64,000 nt of DNA, taken from the NCBI RefSeq assembly GCF_020745735.1, contig NW_026867526.1, positions 248,001 through 312,000 of the forward strand. The letters are read 5' to 3'. Made by a program: the position numbers and the translations under genes. This stretch comes from Hemiscyllium ocellatum (taxonomy: Eukaryota). The notes below the pieces were generated by a model. It worked only from the letters and a program-made list of their open reading frames with translations, did not search any database and was not told the origin of the DNA. Below, one piece after another: positions 35,771-47,499 of this stretch (position 1 is the stretch's first letter; every line of letters begins with the position of its first letter).

Positions 35771-37809
35771 CCTGGTAATATCATAAAGACCTTAATCAGA
35801 TCATCCTTTAACCTTCTAAATTCTCAAGAAAATTTCAAGTAATAATCCACTCAATGAAGCGCAGTTTGGGTTTCACTAGGGCCACATAGGTCCCTGACCT
35901 CATTACAACCCTGGTTCAAACATGGAGGTGAAGCCAAAGTGATAGCCCTTGACATCAAGACCATGTTCAATTGTGTGTGGCATCAAGGAGCTGTAGGAAA
36001 ACTGGAATACGAGGGGTGGGTGGCAAATTCTCTGCTGGGTAAAGTCATACCAGGCACCCAGGATACACTGCAACAACATGAACTGCACAAATTCACCAAA
36101 GATCCTTAGTCTGCACTTATAATCGAGGGAACATCATTAATGGTGCAGCTGAAGATGGTTGGGCTTCAGACACTGCACTGAGGAACTCCTGAAGACACGT
36201 CCTGGAGCTGAGGTGACTGGCCTCCAACAATCACAATCAAATTCATATGTGCCTAACATGATTCATCATGTAAAACCACTTCCATCCAGAATGACAAGGG
36301 CAGCAGATTCATGGGAACACCAACACCAGCAAGTTCCCCTCCAAACGACTCGCCATCCAGGATTGGAAAAATATTACTATTTGTTCAGTCACTGGATCAA
36401 AACCCTGGAATTTCTTCCCTAAGTGCATGTGGATTCACCAACAGCTTATGGACCTTTTATTCATTTGTAGTATGTGGGCATCTCTGGCTGGCCAGCATTT
36501 TATGCCTGTCCCTAGTTGTCGTTGAGGAGGTGGTGGTGAGTTGCCTTCTTGAACTGCTGTAGTTCACCTGTTGTAGGTTGACCTACACTGACATGAGGAA
36601 GGGAATTCCATGATTTTAACCCACTGACAATGAAGAAAAGGCAATGTATTTCCAAGTCAGACTGTTAAGTGGACGTTAAGAAGGGAACTTGAAGGTGATG
36701 GTGCTGCTCTTCTCCTTTGAGATAGAAGTGGTCATGATTTTAGAAGGTGATGTCTGAGGATCTCTGGTGAATTTCTGCAGTGCATCTTGTTGACAGTACA
36801 CACTACTGCTATTGAGCATAAGTGGCAGAGGGAGTGGATGTAAAGCCAATGAAGCAGGCTGTTCGTCATGGATGATGTCAAGCTTTTTCAGCATTGTGGG
36901 AGCTGCACTCATCCAGGCAAGTTGCCCTCCAACCGACTCTGGACTTGTGCCATATTGATAATAATCAGGCTTTGGGAGTCACAACCTGAGTTACTTGCCA
37001 CACGATTCCTAATCTCTGATCTGCTCCGATAGCCACTGTGTTTGTGTGACAAGTCCAGTTGAGTTCCTGGTCAATGGTAACGCCTAGGATGTTGATAGTT
37101 GGGGATTTGGTGATGATAATACAATTGAATACCAGGGGATGATGGTCAGATTGTCTTTATTGGTAATGGTTATAGCCCTGCATTTGTTTAGTGTAAATAT
37201 TACTTGTCACTTGTCAGCCTGATTCTGGAAATTGTCCAGATCTTGTTGCATTTGAACGTGGACTATTCAGTACCTGAGGAGTCGCCAATTCCAAACACTC
37301 TACAATCATCAGTGACCATCCCCACTTCTGACCTTATGATGGATGAACCAGTAACATCAACTGCAGCAATTCAAGAAGGCATACTACCACCGTCTTCACA
37401 AAGGCATCTCGGGTGGGATAATAAGTGCTCACCAGTCAACAAAGCTTACATCCCATGAGTGAATAAACTACAAGTCTCATTCTTGTAAACATATTTTGTA
37501 CTCACTACAAGCCAATGTATCTTTCCTAAGAGCTGATGCCCAAATCTGTTCTCAGTACTCCAGGTAAGGTTCGAACAGTTTTGAACACTCACAGCTATTC
37601 ATGGCATTTTAAAGATCTATTCACCTAAAACCAAAGTCTCTTTGGACTTCCACTATACTTAACTTCATACCATCTTGAAAACATCATGTTCTATCCTCCG
37701 TCAGTCCAAAATTGATACCTCACACTCACACTGAACTCTCTCTATCACAGTTTTGCCCATCCACCTAGTCTATGAATATCCCCTTGTAATTTTATGCCAT
37801 CATGTACAC

Positions 37810-38938
37810 CAGTGTTTCTCAACGGGGGTGGAAGTGCCTCCTGAGGGGCGTTTCCCTTCCTTCGGTCGGCGTTGAAGTCAAAGAGGACGGCAAGGGGTCA
37901 CTGAACGACTTTGTAGAGAGCTTACCAATCACTTGGAAGACTGCCATGTCCTTGAAGGACATTGCTGTGTGCAGATGGACAGTCGCATAACACGAGTCTG
38001 TTATTTTCCCTGCACCCATGGAGGAGTGCGCTCTGATTGGTTCCTGAGCTATTATTGATAGTCTTTTCCATGAATAGCAAACCATTTGAACTCGTTCGCA
38101 GTTGGCACTGATTCTACAGCTGAGATCAATATCACCTAACTCGTGTCGCTTCTAAGATGGCATTCTGCTCGGGTGGCAGAATGAATGCACATTACAGCTA
38201 ATTAGCCAATCAAATTTTGCCACTTGTCTGAGCGTCTTAAAATAATTGTGATAAGGTAATACCCATGATTCCATTAGGGTATTCGAGCAACAGTGTAAAA
38301 ATGGCCTCATTGAGTAAGAAAAAGTGGAGTATAGCATGCAGTATAGTATGGACTATTTGTGATATGGCTTTATTCAATCTCTATCTAATAAGCAATTACC
38401 ACTGTGCTTGCTCTGTCTGTGAACAAAGTTTTTCCTACGAGGCCATGAAGCCTTCCTATCTTATTAAACATTTGGAAAAGAAATAGTGACAAAAAGGACG
38501 AAGATTTGGCATATTTTCAAGCATTAAGAATAAATTCAATCAACAACCAACGATTTCCATTGCTTTTTCAAATATAGGAGCCACAAATGTGGATGGCCTT
38601 GTGGCATCATACAACATAGCCAAGCTAATTGCAAAATGTGGTAAACCTCATTCCGTGGGTGAATTGTTGGTGCTTCCAGCTATTGCCAAAATATTATCAA
38701 CTGTGCTACATCAGGAACTATCAGTGACTATCAAGCATATTCTTCTTGCAGCTTCCGTGAGAAGGTGCATCGATGAAATGGCCTCAAATCTTGAGGATAA
38801 ATTATGTTCCGTTTTGATATTGAAAGAAACTGATTGATGAAAGTACTATATGTGAACTCAAGCTTTACTTTTGGGAGGCGTTGCATGATTTCAAGGATAA
38901 GAAGGGGGCTTTGAATAGGGAAAGGTTGAGAAACACTG
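37810..38938 (+). mobile_element. hAT (Charlie/Buster-like) element, duplicate copy
   Basis: Same TIRs and atgtacac/atgtacat TSD as 17743-18871. Confidence 0.93.
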
Positions 38939-39689
38939 ATGTACATGTCTATATTGCCGTCTAATATGCATTGAAGCGGTCACCTAGATAGGAGACAAAA
39001 ATGACTGCAAATCAACTTGCCAGCTCAGCGATCATACCCACAACCATGGCAACAGGCACCTGAGCTACAAATCTTTACACAAACCTTGAATACCTAACAT
39101 TGTGTCATCAGCAAATTTGGATATATGGCCATTGTGTCACTGTCCGATTAATCAATAAATAATGTGAATAACTGAAGCCAAACACAGATCCCAACAGGAC
39201 ACCACTGGTCACATCCTGCCAAATCTGAGTTCCTATCCATTATCCATCCATGTCAGTAATTTGCCTTCAATTTCATAGGTTTCTGACTAAGACTATTATG
39301 TGGGATTCATCAAATGCCTCCTGGTAGTCCATGTAAGCACTGCCTCTGTTGACATTGCCATGTCCGACCTCAGTCATCTCGTCAAACAATTCAGAAGTTT
39401 GTCAGGCATGACCTACGTGTCATGACGCTCATTGATTAACTTAAAAATGTATAAGATATTCAGTGACCCCATCCCTGATGATAAACTCCAACACTTAGAC
39501 TAACTGCTCAGTGTGTCCCTGGTTTTCCTCGGAGTGGTGTTATTTTCCGATCGAGAATACTCTGCAATGATTATAATGAGGGAATTTCCTTTAACACACT
39601 CGGATGGTAACGAGCAAATCCCGGGGATCTCCACTCTTTAAATCCATTACCTCCCTTATTACCAGAGTTCTCCTGATAACTGACCGACT

Positions 39690-39960
39690 TAATCCTAAAC
39701 CCAGCGCCGCTCAACAACCGCTGCCATTGCCGGCTCTCGGCAAGGAACGGCAGGCGGGGGAAGGCATTTACTGCGCATGTTCCCTCCCAGGCCACCACCT
39801 ACTGCGCATGCTCTGGCCAAGAGCGGGAAGGTTAAACGGTTTAACGGAAAGTTCTGGAACGTGGTGAGTGACGTCATCAGGGCTGGGTGTGGTCGCGAGG
39901 GAAACGTGTCTGCTCCAGTCAGTGAGATGTCAGGGTGAGCTCCTGAGGAGGGGGCAAGGG
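39690..39960. promoter_or_regulatory. CpG-rich promoter / first-exon-like region (copy 2)
   Basis: Both TGCGCATG motifs, the CRE (39869-39876) and the gtgagt donor are retained. Confidence 0.65.
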
Positions 39961-40394
39961 GGAGGCTGGTTTCCACTCCAACCAGCACAATATTGTGTAG
40001 TCGGTGGGGTGTGACGGCTCTGAGGAAGATGTTGAGTTGGGTTCAGATCAGATGAGGGTTGTGAAGGAGTCTGGATGGGGTGGGGGGTGTGAGTTGGAAT
40101 GGGGGAGTGGGATGGGAATGTTGCTCTGGAGACCAGAGATAAAGTGGATTTCGCGATTACCAAACAGTTGGAGTACGTTTTTCAACTCGGAACTTTTTGT
40201 TGTGTAATTATTAAGCTTGAGTAAGTTAGAATCCTCTGAAAGTTAAAGTTTCCAGTTGCACAGAGATTACCCTGACAGAATTTTCAATTTTTCAGGAAAT
40301 TCCCTTGGCTTCAGCCACATCTCCAAAAATTCCATAGACCCCACAGTGCAATTATAATTTCTACTGCTTCAGTGACTAGCGAGAGACTTATATA

Positions 40395-41975
40395 AAACAA
40401 ACCTGTAGATGTTGGAATCTGAAGTAGACAAACAGGAGGCTGGAAGAACACAGCAAACCAGGCAGCATCGGGAGGTGGAGAAGTCAATGTTTCAGGTATA
40501 ACCCTTCTTCAGGACCTGGGTGGGGGTAAGGGGTGCTACAGATAGAGAGGGAGGTAGTTGGGGTCCTAGCTCCCATCCTTGCAGTGTCTTCACCATTCCT
40601 CCAGACCTTCCCCTCAGTAGGGACGAATGTGTCGTCCTCAGTAAAGGCCTCACCTTTATCCCTCGACGGTCCCAGTTTAATGAGTTCGACACAAGCTGCA
40701 ACCTTGAATGTTTCTTCCTCTGCCTCTGTATTGACTTTTTTTAAAACCGAGACACCTGCACATCCACTGGGGACCCTTTTGTCCCGCCTTCGACACACCA
40801 CATCCATGGACACCCCATGCTGGCCTGTTACCTGTGCTTGACCTCTTCATTTCAAACTGCTACCATGACATTGACTGCCTCAACTTGTCCAACCACCTCA
40901 CTCACTCCAACCTCTTTCCCTCTCAACATGCAGTCCTCCACTCCAACCCCAACCTCACCATCAAACCTGCGGGGGGGGTTCATAGTAGTTGTGTGGTGCA
41001 CTGACCTCTACACTACTGAAGCCAGGCACCAGCTTGCAGACTCCGCCTCCGACCGCCCCCTTGCTCACTATCTCACTCTCCATCACCAAGCCATTATCCC
41101 CCGGACCATCCACAATCTCATCATCTCTGGGGATCACCCATCCACAGACTCTAACCTCATTGTCCTTGAACCCTGCACTGCCCGATTCCATCTCCTTCCT
41201 AAGACACTCAAACCTGACTGCACTGGTCGACCCATTGTCTCAACCTGCGCTTGTCCCACTGAACTAATGGACCTCCAAATGGACCCCACAACCAGAAATA
41301 TATTTCCCACCCCACCCCTATCAGCTTTCCAAAAAGACCATTCCTTCTGTGACTCCCTCGTCAGGTCCACATCCCCTACCAGCCTACACCCCACTCCTGG
41401 CACTGTTTCCTGCCACCACAGGAAGTGCAAAACCTATGGCCGCACCACTCCCCTCACCTCCATCCAAGGCTCCAAGGGGTCCTTCCACATCTGTCAAAAA
41501 TTTCACTATACCTCTACCAGCAACATCTACTGCATCCGTTGCACCCGGTGTGGTCTCCTCTACATCAGGGAGACAGGATGTTTTCTTGTGGATCGTTTCA
41601 GAGAACATCTCTGGGACACCTGCATGCACCAACCTCATCGTCCCGCGGCTGTACACTTCAACTCCCTCTCCCACTCCATCAAGGGCATGCAGGTCCTGGG
41701 CCTTCTCCACTGCCAAACCATTACCAGCCGAAACCCGATGGCGAAACGCCTCATATTCTGCCTTGGGACCCTGCAACCATATGGGATAAATGTGAAAGGG
41801 GATTTGGGGCATGGGTGGGCAGGTTATTTGAAATTGGAGAACTGTGTTGAGTTCTCTAGGCTGTAGGCTGCCCAGGTGGAAGATGCGGTGTTCCTCCTGA
41901 TTCACTGCGACAATGGAGGTCGAGAATTAACGTGTAAGGGAGGGAGTGGGAGGCGGAATTGAAATGGATGGTGAG
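40395..41975 (+). mobile_element. Penelope-like element, duplicate copy
   Basis: ORF 40817-41866 (349 aa) spans RT remnants (HLLPKTLKPDCTGRPIVS) and the GIY-YIG domain, but the RT core is missing. Confidence 0.92.
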
Positions 41976-44900
41976 TAGGGGCCAGGCTGACCCTTATTTT
42001 ACTTTGTTTGGTCCCACCAATGTAGAGAGTACCACATCCTCTCCAAATGGCCAAGAGCAAACTGTACCCAGTCACTCCGAATATCTGGCAAGGCTGTCAA
42101 AACCTGTTAATTCTCCCCATCCTCCCAGTGTCGAAGAAACCTCTGAGGGGAAAGATGGACACAGCAGCTGTCACAATTTTGCTGGCAGACGATGATGAAT
42201 GTCTGGTCAGATGCTCCAGGGGCAAGAGGCAGTCACAGTCTGGTATGCGCCAGCACTATCCAAGCCAGAGTTTGAGGAACCCGACCTGTTGGGAAAACAT
42301 CCCAGGAGATGCCACAGGAAGAAGAATAGGCATAAATCTTAGGACTTCGAGGTGGAGGAAAGTAATTATTGGAGCGAGGTCAGCCAGCTGAACATCATTG
42401 AACAGAATTTCCCAAGTTGGGGCTATGAATCTGGTCCAATCAGGGAGTCCTGACTGCTCATTCAAGCAGCTGACTCTGTGAAAACTAGGTCATTATCATC
42501 TACTGTCCACATAGCAGTCTGCAGACCAAAACTTATAAGCAATACCCAAGCCTTGGACGAAATTGACAAGACTGTCTGGAAAAAGTAGAATATCCTCGGG
42601 GAGCTCCCAGATGCCACAACCATGAATATTTTCAAAGAAATGGAACATGTCTGACTGTGGTAACTACTGGGGAATATCCCTTACGTCAATCATTGCCAAA
42701 ATCCTTCTCAACTGTCTCCTCCCTGTGGTTCCTCTGTTCCCATGTCAGCATCTGAGCTTTGATCTTTCCTTGGGTTAGTGAATTGTTACGGAAAATGACC
42801 TAGCCTCCATTTTGGCAGCTTAGGTATGCTATTCAGAAAGGGATAGCCTTACAAATAGTGACGTTGCAAAGAAGTAGCCTTTTGGCAAGTGAAAACACGG
42901 ATTTCATTGTTTAAAGTCTTGGCAAAGAATAATCCCCAGTGAGATGTGTCGCTGACATGTGCAGCGTTCCGATACTGTACCAGTGTCTGGCTCACCGATG
43001 GCTCAACAGGGAGGACTGTCCGATTAGTGTACGTTTCCCAGACTTCAGCTGATGCCAAATGAAGATGCATCGCATAGAGAAACAAAGTTTGGCAGGAATC
43101 TTTGTGTGAGAAAGTTCAGTCAATACCTTTCTATGCATACATTTGAAAGAGTAATGGACCCAAACCCTTGTTAAGATGAGCTGAAGAGGACAGGGCCATC
43201 CCACTTCTAGGTTCTGGTCAAATTCAGCCGTGAGTTGTTATTAAGTGCATACAACTACAAGTTGGAACACCAAGCAGGCGGTCAAGTGGTTAATGCCTGA
43301 AGCCAACTCCCAATGATGGATACACTGGAAAAGTCTGTTCTGGTTTTAAACTTTCTGCACACCCTTCCAGTCATCTCTGACAATCTCCGATTAGAACAAG
43401 GTCCCGTACTGGTGAGAAAAAAGAAACAACTGCAGTGTTAGAAACGAAAAGGTCATCATAAGCAGGATTGAATCGTTTGTGGATCTGGTGAGATCAGATG
43501 GCCACTGAAAACTGCATACTAATATGGGGAGCAAGGCTGAAAAATGTGTTGCTGGAAAAGCGCAGCAGGTCAGACAGCATCAAAGGAGCAGGAGAATCGA
43601 CGTTTCGGGCATAAGCCCTTCTTCAGCTCCAGCAGGGTCGTCCTGTGATTTCCAAAATTAGGATGTTGATAAAAATTTATGTTTGGCCAGGATTGGATGC
43701 TGTGATAGCCATGTTGGTGGGGCAGTCTCCTGAGTGCCAATAGGGACAAGAATTGACTGGCCAGATATAACCTGGATTCAGTTATATTTTGACTATGCCA
43801 TTGCATCGCCTCGCCTCGCGTCTCTGCACATCGCGTCACGTCACGTCACGTATCGCATCGCCCCTCACCTCCCCTCCCCTCGGCTGAGCCCCCCCCAGGA
43901 TCCCAATGCGGTTTTCGGCCAGAGAGTGATCCATTGAATATGATTTTCACTGCAGTATATGGCCCTCTGGGATCTTTAAAAAGGCCTTTAACATCATCAA
44001 TCGGGAAGCATTTCTGGAGCGTTCTTCGTTGCTTTCGTTGCACCATGATGTTTGTCACCATCCTTCACCTGCTCCACAATGACGTATAATTCATCAAAAT
44101 GACAAACAGCTTCAACACCTACCCACTCGCCCTCTGAACCGATGTCGAGCAGGGTATGTCATCACCGCAACACTTCTGAATCTACCTCGCTGCACAACTT
44201 CACTTCCGACAAGCTGCCCATGTTTGATCCAAGGGGGCTTTAGTTGTGGTTCTGAACCATTGCTGTCCCAGATGCTCTTAGTGGGGATCAGTGTGAGTGA
44301 TATCTTATTTTTAGTTGAAATGTGCAGGTGTACTTTCTCTGAATTTTAAACCGTTATTCTTCATTTCCCAGGAGTTTTCAATTTACGACAGAGCAGAGAT
44401 TTATTTAATTGAAAAGAACGTTTAATTGTTTAGTTTTTTATTTGGTTGAAAAGAACAAATGCTGGAGATCACAGCAGGTCAGAGAACATCCACGAGAGAG
44501 GGCAGCTAGTATTTCAAGACCAAATGACTCCTCATTAGAGCTGTTCATGTGTTGTTTAATTTGCTTGAGTATACTTTTATTTTGGCCGCCTGTAGCCCCT
44601 GCCCACAAGTGGTTGGTGGGGCAGGGGAAGCCAATATTTGCTTGTTAAGCAAAAAAGGCACTATTGCTCTGTGGAAAGCCAGAAAGAAATAAACAAAGCG
44701 AAAGCAGTTTAATTTCTGTTTTGAATGAGCACACCATTTTTCCTGGTGATGTGTCTGTTCCAGGAATGTCTGATGCAGGCAGTATCAGGGGATCTTGGTT
44801 TTATTTTTCATTTGCATCTTTGGTTTGAAAAGAATGGAGGGTTGTTTTGCAGACTGGAGGCCTGTGACAAATGCAGGGATTGGTGCTGGGTGTAATGCCA

Positions 44901-45078
44901 TTTTTCATTTCGGTAATGGATTGGATTGTGAATATGAATGTGAATGTTAAACTGCATCAGGAAATTCAATGCCGGCCACAAGACCCCTCTTTGCGCGTGA
45001 GGCAGTTTACTACATTGGACAAAATGTGCTGTTTAAACCATTGGAATGGCATGCATGGGGAAGGGGCATGGTCGAAGT

Positions 45079-45308
45079 AAAAGGAGAAAGTGAGGACTGC
45101 AGATGCTGGAGATCAGAGCTGAAAAATGTGTTGCTGGAAAAGCGCAGCAGGTCAGGCAGCATCCAAGGAGCAGGAGAATTGACGTTTCGGACATAATCCT
45201 TCTTCAGGAATCAGTAATGAAGAAGGGCTTATGCCCGAAATGTCGATTCTCCTGCTTCTTGGATGCTGCCTGACCTGCTGCACTTTTCCAGCAACACATT
45301 TTTCAGCT
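45079..45308 (-). mobile_element. Palindromic Penelope-derived mini-element with 12-bp TSD
   Basis: Inverted PLE tails meeting near 45205-45215; flanked by catggtcgaagt at 45067-45078 and 45309-45320. Confidence 0.87.
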
Positions 45309-47499
45309 CATGGTCGAAGTTAAGGGCAGGTCCCATGATGTTGGAGAGGCGGTCCTGAACAAATGTGAGGATCTCATGATAGCTGTAACCCGCAAGTGGC
45401 CAAGAGCACGGCATAACCAGCTCCTCAGAACATGTGGCAAGGATGTTCTCACCTGTGGGTTCTCCTCATCCTGCCAGTGTAGAAGATTTGAGGGCAAATG
45501 TGGCAGCCTTGATGTCATTACCAACTGCAGAAGAAGACACATTTCTGCTGAGATGCAAATGGTGGTCGACAGTAACCAAGCTAGAGTCTGAGGAAAAAAT
45601 GAGGTCTGCAGATGCTGGAGATCAGAGCTGAAAATGTGTTAGTGGAAAAGCGCAGCAGGTCAGGCAGCGTCCAAGGAACAGGAAATTCAACGTTTTGGGC
45701 ATAAGCCCTTCATCGGGGGTGGGTGGGGGTGGGGGGTGGGGGAGGGGGGTCGGTCGCAAATGCCAAAGTTATTAGCTTTGTCAACAAAGTGAACATGTCA
45801 AATTGTGGTAACTGCAAGGTAAAATCCCTGATGTCGACCATTGGAAAAACTCATCGCCAAGGTCCTTTTCAAGTGGCTCCTCCCTGCGTTTGAGGAACTC
45901 CTCTCTGGAGTCTCAGTGTGGCTTTGGCCCCAGAAAGTTACAATGGACATGTTTTTCAGTGCTGTCTTGGACCCTCATGGAGCTTACAAAGCCCTTTGAC
46001 ACAATTAATTGAGAAGCATTTGTGAAATGTTCTTCTCCAATTTAGTTGCGGTCTTTGGTCTGATCCACAACAAAGTGTAAATCATTATAATGGCAAACAG
46101 GGTCAACACCTGCCCATTTCCCCCTCTGAACCAGTGTCAAACAGGGCCAAGTCATCACCTGAACACTGTTCTGAAACTATTGCTGCAGGATCTCAATGCC
46201 GACAAGCTGACAACTGTTGACCCAAGGGGACTTTAATTGTAGTCCTACATTGTCGCTGTCCCAGAAGCTCTTGATGGGGATCAGTGTGAGCTGTAAGTTA
46301 TGTACAGCTGTACTTCCTCTCGATTTTATGCATCATTGTTCCTTTCCATGGAGTGTTCAATCATGACAGCGCAGAGAGGATTCATTTATTCAGTTGAAAA
46401 GAATAAATGCTGGAGGTTGCAACAGGTCAGACAGCATCCATGAGAGAGAGAGCAAGCTAAGACTTTGAGTCTGGCTGACTCCTCATCAGAGCTGTTCATT
46501 TATCGTTTGTTTTCTTATATTTGCTTGAGTTTATTTTTATTTTGACCCCCTTTGGCCACTGCCGAAAACTGGTTGTTGCAGACATTGTCAACAGTGAGCC
46601 AATTTTTGTGTGTGTGTTTGTTTTTGCCGTTCCCTAGAGTCATTGTGTCTTCATTTTTGGTTGACACACTGATAGTTGCTTTAATTCTTGTTTTGAAGTA
46701 GCAGAGTTAAAAAAAATCACCAGCTTCATCCAAATGTTTGTTTGGAAATTCTATTTTTTTGGAACGCTGCTGGTAGTTCTTCCAAATGAACATGGTGGAT
46801 GATAATGTGTTGAGCGATTTTTAGCTTTGTTGAACCCACTCCAACACTGGGCCCCACCTAGTCTTGAAAGAGCAGAGTGTTTCACCCGGTGCTGTGCCTG
46901 TCTTGGGATTATCTGATGCAGGAAATATCAGGTGTTCTTGGTTTCTTTCCTTTTACATCTTTGGTTTTAGAAGAGTGGAGGATTGTTGATCAAACTGGAG
47001 ACCTGTGACGAATAAGAGAACTGGCACTGGGTCCATTGCCATTTGTCATTTTTGTAAATGGATTAGCATTGAGAATATAGGAAACATGGTTGCACGTATG
47101 AAACAAGCTGCCAGAGGATGTGGTGGAGGCTGGTACAACTGCAATATTTAAAAGGCATCAGGATGGAAATACGAACAGCAAGAGTTTTGATGGATATGAG
47201 CCAAGTGCTGGCAAGTGGGACTGGATACATTTAGAATATGTGGTTGGCATATTGAGTTGGGCTGAAGAGCCTGTTTCCATGTTATACATCTCTGTAAATC
47301 TGTGTTTAGTGATTTTGCAGATGTCACCAAGTTTGCTGTATAGTGGACAGTGAAGTAGGTGATCAAAGATTCCAAATGTATCCTGATCAAGTGGGCCAGA
47401 TGGAGTTTAGTTTTAATAAATGTGAGATGTTCCATTTTGCTTAGCTGGACAAGGCAAGACTTTCACAGTTAATGGTAAGGCATCTGGAGAATTGCCGAA

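Noticed and set aside
45715-45760. G-rich tract with G-quadruplex potential
   Set aside because: Simple low-complexity run next to a repeat tail; no context suggesting function.
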